Shown here: positions 19,229-29,000 of the stretch, piece by piece
How the letters are laid out: each line of letters begins with the position of its first letter
Numbering within the stretch: position 1 is the stretch's first letter
Assembly (NCBI GenBank): GCA_963783575.1
Contig: CAWAOD010000009.1
Location: 192,001-256,000 of the forward strand
Source: an uncultured Spirochaetota bacterium
GTDB taxonomy: Bacteria > Spirochaetota > Brevinematia > Brevinematales > JAOACQ01
DNA length: 64,000 nucleotides
Direction of reading: 5' to 3'
Notes under the pieces: generated by a model
The model's input: the letters and a program-made list of their open reading frames with translations, nothing else
Database searches by the model: none
Told to the model about the DNA's origin: nothing
Position numbers and translations under genes: made by a program

Positions 19229-20955
19229 GCTATTTCCTCCTCAGAAAGCTGGGATGCCACAATTTCCCTGTAAACTTCGCAGGTTTTGTAAAGTTCCTTA
19301 TGAGTGCCGATCCCTGCTATCCTGCCTTCATCAAGGACGATTATCCTGTCCGAGTCCATGATTGTGGCGACTCTTTGCCCAACGATAATTACAGTCGAAT
19401 TAACGGTTTCTTTTCTCAGGGCAGCGCGGAGTTTAGCGTCGGTTTTAAAATCCAGCGCGGAAAAGCTGTCGTCAAAAACATAAATTTCCGGTTTTCTGAT
19501 AAGTGCTCTCGCTATTGATATACGCTGCTTCTGCCCGCCAGAGACATTCGTGCCTCCCTGAGAAATGATGGAATCGAACCCGTCTTTCATTTCAGAGATA
19601 AATTCGTCCGCCTGAGCTGTTCCGGCGGCCGTTTTTACTTCTTCATCGGAAGCGTCTTCATTTCCGTAACGGATGTTTTCCGCTATGGTTCCGGTAAAAA
19701 GAACGGCTTTTTGAGGTACAAAACCGATCTTTGCCCTCAGATCATCCTGCGACATATCGCGGACATCCACGCCGTCAATATATATATTTCCTTGATCTGT
19801 ATCGTAAAAACGAGGAATAAGGTTGATCAAAGTAGATTTACCAGAACCCGTGCTTCCGATAATCGCCGTTACTTCTCCGGGCAAAGCCGTGAATGAAATA
19901 CCGCAAACAGCCGGTTCTTCCGCACCATGATAGCTGAAAGACACATTTCTGAACTCTATGCATCCCCTGACATCGCTGTTTGGATTGAATGTGTTCACAG
20001 AGTCTTTAATTTCGGGTTCCGTATCGAGCACCTCGTTTATTCTCTGTGCTGAAGCCTGTGCGCGCGGAAGCATTATAAACATAATCGACGCCATAAGGAG
20101 TGAAAATAGAATCTGCATGGCGTACTGCAGGAATGCCATCATATTGCCTACATTTGAAGTTCCGCGGTCTATTCTGATGCTGCCGAACCATATTATACAT
20201 ACTGTTGTTACATTCATGACAAGCATCATCACCGGCATCAGTACAGCCATAATCCTGTTAACCTGAATTGATGTCTCCATAAGGTCAAGGTTTGCTTCAT
20301 GAAAACGTCTTTTCTCGTCTTCGATCCGGTTGAAAGCCCGGATTACCCTTATTCCGGTCAATCCCTCACGGAGTACAAGATTGATTTTGTCGATTTTTTT
20401 CTGGATCGACTGGAATAGCGGAAATCCCTTTAATGCCACAAAAAGTATTATGCCGGTAAGGACCGGTATAACAACAACAATTACCCAGGACAAACCCGCG
20501 TCTTTGGATACAGCCATAATTATGCCGCCTATGCATGTTATGGGAGCGCTGATCATCATTTGCATCATAATCATCAATACGTTCTGGATCTGGGTAACAT
20601 CGTTTGTGGTTCTTGTTATTAAAGAAGGCGTGCTTAGTTTATCGAATTCATGCAGGGAAAAACTCGAAACATGCGTAAATATTTTACCCCTGAGGATTTC
20701 ACCGAACCCCATGGAAGCATGAGCGGCAAGATATGCCGCCAGTACAGCGCAGATTGAACCGCCCAGGGCTACGGCGATCATTAATCCCCCCGTACCCATT
20801 ATGTAGCCTGTATCGCCGTTTGTAATCCCATTATTCACGATATCAGACATTAAAGTAGGAAGATACAGGTCGGACATTGACCTGAAAAATACCAGAACAA
20901 TGACTGCTGCCGTCGGGATTGTGTATGGCTTTAAAAACCTGAATAATTTTATCAT
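19225..20955 (-). CDS. Heterodimeric ABC exporter subunit, TM287-like
   Basis: TMD plus NBD. GSTGSGKS, VSGGQ, degenerate Walker B YVFDD and GQR switch. Confidence 0.93.
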   Translation of the reverse strand: MIKLFRFLKPYTIPTAAVIVLVFFRSMSDLYLPTLMSDIVNNGITNGDTGYIMGTGGLMIAVALGGSICAVLAAYLAAHASMGFGEILRGKIFTHVSSFSLHEFDKLSTPSLITRTTNDVTQIQNVLMIMMQMMISAPITCIGGIIMAVSKDAGLSWVIVVVIPVLTGIILFVALKGFPLFQSIQKKIDKINLVLREGLTGIRVIRAFNRIEDEKRRFHEANLDLMETSIQVNRIMAVLMPVMMLVMNVTTVCIIWFGSIRIDRGTSNVGNMMAFLQYAMQILFSLLMASIMFIMLPRAQASAQRINEVLDTEPEIKDSVNTFNPNSDVRGCIEFRNVSFSYHGAEEPAVCGISFTALPGEVTAIIGSTGSGKSTLINLIPRFYDTDQGNIYIDGVDVRDMSQDDLRAKIGFVPQKAVLFTGTIAENIRYGNEDASDEEVKTAAGTAQADEFISEMKDGFDSIISQGGTNVSGGQKQRISIARALIRKPEIYVFDDSFSALDFKTDAKLRAALRKETVNSTVIIVGQRVATIMDSDRIIVLDEGRIAGIGTHKELYKTCEVYREIVASQLSEEEIA

Positions 20956-21047
20956 AAAAAAATAATCTCCACTTATAAAGACGTTAACCCACTAAAAATA
21001 TTTCTTAGTTTTTTATAATTTGATTTATTAAGATTTGAATACACAGT

Positions 21048-21506
21048 TCAATTTACAGAATTTTTCAAAAGCTTTTTCAGGATATTCAAGCCGTTTGTGA
21101 CTGCAACAATCTCTTCCGGAGTGGCATTTTTAACTATGTTTTCTATATTTTTATCAAATATACTGTGAAAATCCTGGTGCATTTCCGCAAATTCCGGTGT
21201 TAAACTGACATAAACCACCCTTTTGTCATCATTGCTTCTAACCCTTTCGACTATTTGTTTTTTTTCAAGCCTGTCTATTATTCCCGAAACTGTGCTGTTA
21301 GTTAAATTAAGCTGATGGCTTAATTCATTTATTTTCATTTTACCGGACTTTCTTATATATCCTATCAAAAATCCCTGTGCCATAGTTATACCGCTTTTTT
21401 CAAATGCTTTAAAAGCCTTGTCCATATTATGCTTTAAAAGAGACAGAACTTCTTTAAAAAGACCCGCCGCCGCCAGGTTACTTTCGGAATTTTCCATTAC
21501 AGGCAT
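21048..21506 (-). CDS. MarR family transcriptional regulator
   Basis: STVSGIIDRLEKK...DDKRVVYVSLT winged-HTH pattern. First gene of the efflux operon. Confidence 0.92.
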   Translation of the reverse strand: MPVMENSESNLAAAGLFKEVLSLLKHNMDKAFKAFEKSGITMAQGFLIGYIRKSGKMKINELSHQLNLTNSTVSGIIDRLEKKQIVERVRSNDDKRVVYVSLTPEFAEMHQDFHSIFDKNIENIVKNATPEEIVAVTNGLNILKKLLKNSVN

Positions 21507-21522
21507 TTACCTCTTAATTGCG

Positions 21523-21573
21523 ATATTTTTTACGCGAATATTTCGTACACAATTATTTCGTGTACTAATTAAT
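21523..21573. promoter_or_regulatory. Candidate MarR operator: tandem imperfect palindromes
   Basis: ATATTTTTTACGCGAATAT / ATTTCGTACACAATTAT / ATTTCGTGTACTAATTAAT at about 15-bp spacing, directly upstream of marR. Confidence 0.6.
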
Positions 21574-21750
21574 TATAATAAATTTACCTCAAAGTGTCAA
21601 GAATTTTGCATAAACATTACAAGCCCAGATTTAACGCATTTTATACTTCCTAACTTTTTTAGTTTTAACTCGTTTAATGAATTAGACAATTTTTACTTCT
21701 ACTTTTATAATAAGCATTATTATACTTAGATTTTATATAAGGAGACTGGA

Positions 21751-22809
21751 TTGCCCATATCATTTATTTCCGGATCAAAAAAAAGTTTAAATATAAAAAG
21801 TCTCGAACAAATCTGCTCAAGAAACATATCACTTTCCGGCCATTCTTCTTACGAGATAGGAGGAGAAGCCAATTATTTCGCACTTCCTGAAACAATTGAA
21901 GAAACAATACTATTGCTTAATATTTGTAAGAAATCAGGTATACCGTATTCTTTTTTTGGATTGGGTGCTAATATACTATTCCCGGATAAACCGCAAAAAG
22001 ATAAAATATTTATTTCCTTAAAAAAATGTATTGAACTTGAGTTAAATGAAGGCAGGCTATTTTTATCTGCAGGAATTCCTATAACATTCCTATCGATAAT
22101 AAGTCTTACTGCTGAAAGCGGCCGATTTGCATTTTCATATCTTTTACCGGGAAGCCTAGGCGCAGGAATATATATCAATGCCAAATACGGCGGGACACAG
22201 ATTTGCGATATAATCGATTCGGTTTATTATGTTGATACAAAACAGGATTCTCTTATTATTCAAAAAATCAAGACCGCCGATTGCGGATTCGATTATAAAA
22301 AATCCATTTTTCAGAATTCAGATTTTTTGATCCTGGGAACCGATATTTTAATTCCCGGCATCGACGGAGACAAAATGCAATTAATACAGAATTCATTCAT
22401 TAAGTTAAAAGAAAAAACTGAAATGTTTTCATCATTAAAAATTTTTTATAAATTATTTTCAATTGACCGGGATTTACTTCTCCAAAATCCGGGAAAAATA
22501 TCAGGAGAATATCTCGAAATAGAGCAATACCGGCTTGAAAAAAAACATTTTGAATATCCATCCTGCGGTTCGGTATTTAAAAATAATTATAATTTCGGTA
22601 AACCGATGGGAAAGGTAATTGAAGACCTTGGACTAAAGGGAAAATCTCATGGCGGCGCGATGATTTCACCTCATCATGGAAATATGATACTTAATATGAA
22701 CCACGCATCTGCATCGGATGTATTATATTTAATACAAATAATCAAAGATGCGGTATATAAAGCACATAATTTTATTCCCGAACTTGAAGTGGTTATAATG
22801 AAGGAATAA
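21751..22809 (+). CDS. murB: UDP-N-acetylenolpyruvoylglucosamine reductase (divergent)
   Basis: IGGEA, GLGANILF, LPGSLGAGIYINA, YKKSIF, PSCGSVFKN, LELEV-like C-terminus. TTG start with AGGAG RBS. Confidence 0.85.
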   Translation: MPISFISGSKKSLNIKSLEQICSRNISLSGHSSYEIGGEANYFALPETIEETILLLNICKKSGIPYSFFGLGANILFPDKPQKDKIFISLKKCIELELNEGRLFLSAGIPITFLSIISLTAESGRFAFSYLLPGSLGAGIYINAKYGGTQICDIIDSVYYVDTKQDSLIIQKIKTADCGFDYKKSIFQNSDFLILGTDILIPGIDGDKMQLIQNSFIKLKEKTEMFSSLKIFYKLFSIDRDLLLQNPGKISGEYLEIEQYRLEKKHFEYPSCGSVFKNNYNFGKPMGKVIEDLGLKGKSHGGAMISPHHGNMILNMNHASASDVLYLIQIIKDAVYKAHNFIPELEVVIMKE

Positions 22810-22894
22810 AAATTCGGATAAACCAATCTTGAAACTTTCAGGTTTTTCTGGTATTTTTATAATATGGAATTTTGTAATAATAAAAGGAGATATT

Positions 22895-25000
22895 GTGCCC
22901 CGTTCAAACAAAGAAAACAAAGCGCAAAAAAAATTTACCGTTTTAAGGATTGTTATTGTAAGCCTACTTTTGGGCGAACTGCTCTCGTTCATAAGTACGC
23001 TGCCTCTTAATCTAAAATCCTTGGTAACAATTTTAAATCTTAATAAATCAAAGATTATCGAAATAAAAAAAAATAACGAGTTGAACCGGAAAGATTTAAA
23101 TCATAATATCTATGAGACAAACATTATCAATAAAAGTTTCGAAAGTTACCAGAAATTAAGCATTGCTCTGATTATTCCGGTTTTTTTTATAATTTTCTTA
23201 TATCATATCCCGGTTTATAGATATTTCAGAAAAATGAAACGAAAAAAAACCGTAAGTGAAAAACACAGGGAATTGGCAAAAAAAAGGCTCGCTAATTCAG
23301 CCGCTTTCCTGGCGATTATAGTATTTCTCTGGTATGCTCTCAGCTATATTCCATATCTATTCTTCGGTCAAAATCCTAAAAACCTCATCAATTTCAATTT
23401 AACCGAATTAACCAATAATTTCGTGATTATAAAAATGTTATCATCTCTTCTGACAATTTTATTTGTATATCTATGGCAAAACCACAGAGTTAAAACACAT
23501 TTTATTCAATCCGTATTTACCGGTGAAGAGCTGAGGACAAGGCACCATTACGGTCCATCACTAAAAATCAAACGCCAGATGATAATATCAACCCTTTTGA
23601 CAACATTTCTTCCTTTAATACTGATAATATTTTATCTTTTTACTTTTATTACTTATTTCCCTGTTCATGGAAGTCTTTCTCCTGAACAAATGAGCCTATT
23701 TTTATCCAGCTACCAGGAGTTTTTTAACAACCTGGGTATTCCTTATATGGACTTTATAAAAAATATGAATAGTATTAATTATTTTAACGCAGTTGACACA
23801 TTTTTCCTTTTTATAAGCATCTTTATGGGAGTATTAATAACTCTTTTTTATTTGTACTGCATTACAAGATGGACTATTGCCGAAATTATCCTGCCGGTCA
23901 AGGAACTTCAAAACCTTATGAAAGATGTTTCAATAGGAAATTATCAAAATTTTGCAGTTGTCAGAAACAATGATGAAATAGGTGAACTATCGGAAGGCTA
24001 CAATATTATGCTTTCATTCATTCAGAAAAATACTTCGGAAATTACAAAATTGAACCAGGATCTGGTTGTGCTCAATAGAGAATTGGAACAAAAAGTTGAG
24101 GAGCGGACCGGAGAACTTCAGAAGCTTAATAAAGAACTGCAGACAGAGGTTGAGGAAAGGATTAGGGTTGAAGAAGCTCTTCTTAATACAAACAATAAGC
24201 TTATGAGCCGGAATGAAATTATGGAGGGTGAACTTGAGATGGCGAGAAAGATCCAGATGAGGCTCATACCCAGTAAAAGCCCGCATCCCTCCATATCTTT
24301 TTATTATAAACCGATGGACAAAGTCGGCGGTGACTATTACGATTTTGTCCTTTTTGACTCTGGAGGCAAACAAAAAAAAGTCCCTGATTATGTTGGGATC
24401 TTCATTAGTGATGTTTCAGGACATGGCGTTCCGGCAGCTTTCATAACATCTATGATTAAGGGCGCTGTAACACAGGGCGGAGACATTCTTTATGAACCGG
24501 CGGAATTTTTATTATACCTTAATGATTTTTTAATAGCTCAGACCAGCGGTAATTTTGTAACCGCTTTTTATTGTATTTACAATTTACAAAACAAAGAGCT
24601 TGTTTTCTCAAATGCGGGGCATAATCATCCTTATATAATAACCGGGAATGGAATTTCAATGATGCAGGCTGAAAAATCGAGTATCCCTCTTGCTATAATG
24701 GATAGTTCGGAATTATACTCGGCGAAAAAATCATACAGGAACGAAAAAGTAACCCTTCCGGACAATTCCAAACTCCTGTTATATACTGACGGGCTTGTGG
24801 AAGCTGTAAATATTAAGGATAAATACAGCACAGATAAAATGGAGGATTTTGAAACCCAATGTATAATTAATGTTATGGAGGATATCAAGAATGAAACTTC
24901 CCCTGTTTTTATAAAAAAAATGGCCGAAAGGCTGATAGAATTCAGGGGAACAAATAATTTTGACGATGATGTGTGTATGGTCTGTGTTGACATACCATAA
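22895..25000 (+). CDS. Membrane HAMP-domain PP2C/SpoIIE (RsbU-like) phosphatase
   Basis: Multiple TMs, HAMP NDEIGEL, VGGDYYD, DVSGHG, NAGH, YTDGL, DDD. Likely start GTG 22895 (AGGAG RBS). Confidence 0.9.
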   Translation: MPRSNKENKAQKKFTVLRIVIVSLLLGELLSFISTLPLNLKSLVTILNLNKSKIIEIKKNNELNRKDLNHNIYETNIINKSFESYQKLSIALIIPVFFIIFLYHIPVYRYFRKMKRKKTVSEKHRELAKKRLANSAAFLAIIVFLWYALSYIPYLFFGQNPKNLINFNLTELTNNFVIIKMLSSLLTILFVYLWQNHRVKTHFIQSVFTGEELRTRHHYGPSLKIKRQMIISTLLTTFLPLILIIFYLFTFITYFPVHGSLSPEQMSLFLSSYQEFFNNLGIPYMDFIKNMNSINYFNAVDTFFLFISIFMGVLITLFYLYCITRWTIAEIILPVKELQNLMKDVSIGNYQNFAVVRNNDEIGELSEGYNIMLSFIQKNTSEITKLNQDLVVLNRELEQKVEERTGELQKLNKELQTEVEERIRVEEALLNTNNKLMSRNEIMEGELEMARKIQMRLIPSKSPHPSISFYYKPMDKVGGDYYDFVLFDSGGKQKKVPDYVGIFISDVSGHGVPAAFITSMIKGAVTQGGDILYEPAEFLLYLNDFLIAQTSGNFVTAFYCIYNLQNKELVFSNAGHNHPYIITGNGISMMQAEKSSIPLAIMDSSELYSAKKSYRNEKVTLPDNSKLLLYTDGLVEAVNIKDKYSTDKMEDFETQCIINVMEDIKNETSPVFIKKMAERLIEFRGTNNFDDDVCMVCVDIP

Positions 25001-25021
25001 GTTATCCGGAGGATAACTTAT
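24997..25021. terminator. Perfect 11-bp-stem hairpin at the SpoIIE stop
   Basis: ATAAGTTATCC-GGA-GGATAACTTAT between convergent genes. Confidence 0.55.
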
Positions 25022-25178
25022 GGCGTGGCAACTTGTAGTTTTAATATCATCCTGAACGGATGATATTAAAACTACACTGTTGAAACAAAAAGAATCGGTA
25101 AGGTCATTGCGAGTTAAACTTTCTTCTAAGCTTGCGCGAAGTAATCCGCCTAGCATTAAAACAAGACTGATTCAGGAA

Positions 25179-25835
25179 CTAAATAAATAATTTTGAAATC
25201 TTCTTATAATTAATTTCGGTAATAGAATCAACGATCATTGTTGCTTTTGATAGATCCTGATTTCCTGAATGTATATTCCTGTATCCTATGCATTTCATAC
25301 CAGCGGTAATTGCCGCTGCTACGCCATGGGTAGCATCCTCAATTACCAGGCATTCCTCTGGCTGGACTTTAAGCACTTCTGCGGCTTTCAGAAAAATATC
25401 CGGAAATGGCTTGCTTTTCTCGACCTGATCCCCGCTTATTATTATTTTAAAATAGGAACCAATCCCTAGTTTTTCAAGGACCGCATCTATAAAGTCTTTT
25501 GTCGATGACGAAGCTATCGCCGTTGGAATTCGTTTCTCTTTTAGTTCCGATAGAAGCTCATCAATACCGGGTACAAATCCGTCATTATAATCCTTAAGCA
25601 TAATTATCCTTAAATCGGCCTGCATCTTCATCAGCTCTTTTACGCTTTTTATCAGCGAGTACTTTTCTTTCAATTCACTCCAGACAATAAAATTGGCAAC
25701 ACCGACATACCTGCTCAGTTCTTCATCGGTTATTTCACCGCCGTTATTTTTTAATACAGTTTTGGCGGCTTTAAACTGCAGCGGCTCACTGTTGATAATT
25801 ACGCCGTCAAGATCAAAAATAACTGCTTTTAACAT
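25179..25835 (-). CDS. HAD family phosphatase (beta-phosphoglucomutase-like)
   Basis: FDLDGV, ASSS, KPFPDIF, IEDA. Likely start ATG 25835. Confidence 0.92.
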   Translation of the reverse strand: MLKAVIFDLDGVIINSEPLQFKAAKTVLKNNGGEITDEELSRYVGVANFIVWSELKEKYSLIKSVKELMKMQADLRIIMLKDYNDGFVPGIDELLSELKEKRIPTAIASSSTKDFIDAVLEKLGIGSYFKIIISGDQVEKSKPFPDIFLKAAEVLKVQPEECLVIEDATHGVAAAITAGMKCIGYRNIHSGNQDLSKATMIVDSITEINYKKISKLFI

Positions 25836-25850
25836 AAATTTCCTTACCAC

Positions 25851-26474
25851 CTATAAAATTTTTAAGACAATTTCACTTACAACTTTCCCTAATTTCGCAT
25901 GTTCCGCTTCATCAAAATGTATGCCATCCGAATCGCTTGAAACAATGACTTTCCCGGCGTCAAGAAAATAGCATTTTAATTCTCTCGCTTCAATTTCAAA
26001 GAATTTTGACAACTCTTTTGACTTTTCCGCACCGCCCCTGAACATTTCCGAGAAATAATTTAGTTTACCGAGAGGCGGGGGGCAAATCAACAATACTTCT
26101 AGCGCTTTTTCATTGCGGCCGTACCGGCTGTTTTTAACCATATCGATAAGAACCCCGGCCCCTTTCGCTATATCGAACGAAGTCAGTGAAAACCTGTGCT
26201 TGAGGTCATTTGTCCCAAGCAGAAAGATAACAAGATCAAGCGGATTATGGCTGTCAAGACAGGGGATAAGGTATTCTTTCCCGCTTTTATATCCTTCTAT
26301 CGGATCATCCCAGACGGTTGTCCTGCCGCAAAGCCCTTCTTCGACTACCTCATATCCATTACCAAGTATATTTCTAAGAACGCCCGGCCAGCGTTTGTTT
26401 CTTTCCATCCTGCTCCAATCACGCGGAGAAGCTCCCCAGGTATTGGAATCGCCATAACAAAGAATTGATTTCAT
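25851..26474 (-). CDS. SGNH/GDSL hydrolase
   Basis: GDSNTWG, EEGLCGRT, LGTND, DGIH. Confidence 0.93.
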   Translation of the reverse strand: MKSILCYGDSNTWGASPRDWSRMERNKRWPGVLRNILGNGYEVVEEGLCGRTTVWDDPIEGYKSGKEYLIPCLDSHNPLDLVIFLLGTNDLKHRFSLTSFDIAKGAGVLIDMVKNSRYGRNEKALEVLLICPPPLGKLNYFSEMFRGGAEKSKELSKFFEIEARELKCYFLDAGKVIVSSDSDGIHFDEAEHAKLGKVVSEIVLKIL

Positions 26475-26493
26475 AAGAATTCTCCTATCTTTC

Positions 26494-26591
26494 TATTTCA
26501 CCACAGAGGCACAAAGACACTGAGTTTTTTATATTATAATTACATCTAACACTTATTTATTATGCATAACTTTGGCTTCTTAGTGGTTTAA
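26494..26591. repeat. CACAGAG-type repeat element, copy 1, with degenerate inverted arm
   Basis: TATTTCACCACAGAGGCACAAAGACACTGAG. A partial inverted arm TTTGGCTTCTTAGTGGTTTAA lies at 26571-26591. Confidence 0.65.
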
Positions 26592-26811
26592 TAAACTACC
26601 CCGCAGTAAGCTGGTGTATTACTTAAGAACACTTAAGGAATCGAAGCAAAGCTATACACAACTTTGTTGCGTAAGGAATCTAATCCGGGTCAAGAAGCAT
26701 GCCATGAGTATAATGAAGGGTCACGCTTGTTAAAACAAATTTTTAAGGCATAAAGCGATACAATGAGTTTAACGAATGGACGGGAAGACTTAATCACGAT
26801 AATAACTTTTA

Positions 26812-27021
26812 TCAAACCTTCTCATAACTGTATTTCACAGGCAGAACCTTTTCTAGATCGACATTCTTCGAAGCGTCCAGAATCTCAATACCAACAATCT
26901 TGCTGTCTTCACCAACATCCAGTACCATTTCATCGCTGACGCGCTGATTAATCACTTCCTGCTTTTTCTCATCCAAGCGAATATATAAAAGGTCTGTACC
27001 CGGATTATATATTATATCCAT
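26812..27021 (-). CDS. DUF2283 family protein (putative antitoxin)
   Basis: YNPGTDLLYIRL...IVGIEILDAS pattern, GGAGG RBS. Confidence 0.88.
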   Translation of the reverse strand: MDIIYNPGTDLLYIRLDEKKQEVINQRVSDEMVLDVGEDSKIVGIEILDASKNVDLEKVLPVKYSYEKV

Positions 27022-27030
27022 GATCGCCTC

Positions 27031-27292
27031 CTACCGCCATTTTCCGTAAAAAACATACACAGTTATAGTTATAATTTCATTGTTTTCATCAAGGTAATAT
27101 ACTTCGACCAGTTTTTGTTCATAGTATCTACCGAACCGTTCTTTTTTGTAATTAAAGACTTTTCGCTTTTCCTTTCCTATTGTATCTGGCTTCTACAGGA
27201 TAGTCTGTTTCAATTACATCAATAATCTCGGTTTCGTTCGTTCCTCTTTCTTCAGCCCGCTCCAGCGTATGCGGCTCTATTCGGATAATCAT
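27031..27292 (-). pseudogene. DUF4258 family putative toxin with +1 frameshift at 27160-27163
   Basis: Manual translation MIIRIEPHTLERAEERGTNETEIIDVIET...KAK/VFNYKKERFGRYYEQKLVEVYY...ITITVYVFYGKWR*. Span is 262 nt (87 codons + 1). Not in the ORF track. Confidence 0.8.
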
Positions 27293-27536
27293 ATTTAATT
27301 CCTGATATCTCCAATTTCAAACTTAACAAGCAAATTTTCGTTAATAATAATCACACTTATCGTCTGTTTATAAAAAATCCAATACAAAATTTTAATTTTC
27401 TCCAGTTGTTATAAAAGAATATTATAATAGAATAACCTGGATTGTCAATGTATATAAAAAATTACTTAATTTTATAAATTTATTACTTGAGATGACAAAG
27501 ACAATCTCTTTTTCTTTTTGATTTCTCTTTTCTTTT

Positions 27537-27573
27537 TATTTCACCACAGAGGCACTGAGACTCAAAGTTTTTT
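27537..27573. repeat. CACAGAG-type repeat element, copy 2
   Basis: TATTTCACCACAGAGGCAC is identical (19 bp) to 26494-26512 and is followed by TGAGACTCAAAGTTTTT. Confidence 0.7.
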
Positions 27574-27600
27574 GTTAGGTGTAAATAAATCTATCACGGT

Positions 27601-27919
27601 TTATAAATTAATTGATTTTTTTTCTGATTCAATGATAGAATCGGGAGTATTTTTTACCGGAACAGAATAATACAATAATTCTTCCTTACTTGGAACCCAA
27701 AACAAATTTCTTCCGGGAAATACAGGATAATATTTCTTTTGATTGGTTAAATAATCCATTGAAATAAACAAGGTGATGGAAGTTCTGACGGGTCGAAATA
27801 TATCGCTTTCCCGTTTTAGCAATAGCGCCATCCCAGACAATATCATTTGTTTTTTCCTGGGCGAAAATAGAATTACCAAGTATTAAAATAAATATAGTCA
27901 ATGCTATATATCCCTTCAT
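27601..27919 (-). CDS. Small exported hypothetical protein, probably frameshifted near 27815
   Basis: ORF 27686..27919 has an AGGAGG RBS and a signal peptide. Overlapping ORF 27601..27879 could be its true C-terminus. Confidence 0.45.
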
Positions 27920-28087
27920 ATCAGCCTCCTTTTTTAGGATTATTGCTATTACAGTTAAACCACTCCGGTATTTTAATTTTCGAAATAAGTTATAGATTTT
28001 ATAAGGATTTACCTTATGTTCCTTTAAGCAAATATTATAATTATTGGTATTCCAAATTGCTAATTTATCAAATTTACATCTTAAGAC

Positions 28088-28116
28088 TTGACATATTAAT
28101 AATATTAAATTATACT
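28088..28116 (+). promoter_or_regulatory. Sigma70-type promoter for the methyltransferase
   Basis: TTGACA, 17-nt spacer, TATACT. Confidence 0.6.
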
Positions 28117-28159
28117 GAATATACTTAAGTATATATTAACATTATACAGGAGGTCACTC

Positions 28160-28915
28160 ATGGATCAGATAGACAAAAACCGTTTTTTTGAAATGCCGGA
28201 AATATTCGACAATCTTGCACAATTTATGGTTCCGCAATATGACTTTCTCCAGGATGAAATCTTCAGGATTATCTCGTTTGAAAACGATAAACCCATATCC
28301 ATAATTGATTTGGGAGGCGGCAGCGGCATCTGGCTGGAAAAATTTCTCAAACGTTATAAAAATGCACAAGTTTTCTGGGTCGATTATTCAAAAGCTTTTC
28401 TCGATATTGCCGGAAAAAGGCTCGACAAATTTAGCGATAGGGTTAAATACATACTTTCAAAGTTTGAAGACAATTGGGAGAGTGAAATAAAAGTAAACCC
28501 GGATATTATAGTATCTATGTCATCAATTCATCACCTTGAAACTCAGGAGAAAAAGAGGCTTTATAAGAGAATTTATGACATTCTGAATCCCGGAGGATGG
28601 TTCTTTAATATTGATGAAATGAAGACTTTATATCAGGACAGTTACCTGCAGAGTATGGAATTCTGGGGCCGGTATTCGGCTGAAGCTGGAAATAGTCTGT
28701 CGGAGGAGAAACAAATTTTTCTCCCAAGCTGGAATAAGCATTTTGAAAACTGGAAGCTAAGAAACATTAAACAATCCGGTTCCACAAAACAAAAGGGAGA
28801 TGATATACATGATCCTTTTCTTGACCAGCTTGAATGGCTTCATGAAATCGGCTTTAATAATGCGGATTTGTTTATGAAATATCATTTATGGAGTGTAATC
28901 GGCGGCCGAAAGTAA
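28160..28915 (+). CDS. Class I SAM-dependent methyltransferase
   Basis: IDLGGGSG, VDYS, SIHHL, LNPGG. AGGAGG RBS. Confidence 0.9.
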   Translation: MDQIDKNRFFEMPEIFDNLAQFMVPQYDFLQDEIFRIISFENDKPISIIDLGGGSGIWLEKFLKRYKNAQVFWVDYSKAFLDIAGKRLDKFSDRVKYILSKFEDNWESEIKVNPDIIVSMSSIHHLETQEKKRLYKRIYDILNPGGWFFNIDEMKTLYQDSYLQSMEFWGRYSAEAGNSLSEEKQIFLPSWNKHFENWKLRNIKQSGSTKQKGDDIHDPFLDQLEWLHEIGFNNADLFMKYHLWSVIGGRK

Positions 28916-28943
28916 AAGCTTAGCATTATATATAACCATTAAT

Positions 28944-28971
28944 TTGACATTATACAGATTTAATTTATAAT
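28944..28971 (+). promoter_or_regulatory. Sigma70-type promoter of rplM-rpsI
   Basis: TTGACA, 16-nt spacer, TATAAT. Confidence 0.7.
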
Positions 28972-29000
28972 ATATGGAAATTTTTTTGGGTGGTAGCTCC

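Noticed and set aside
26494..27573. CRISPR array
   Set aside because: Only two repeat copies about 1 kb apart, no regular spacers and no cas genes.
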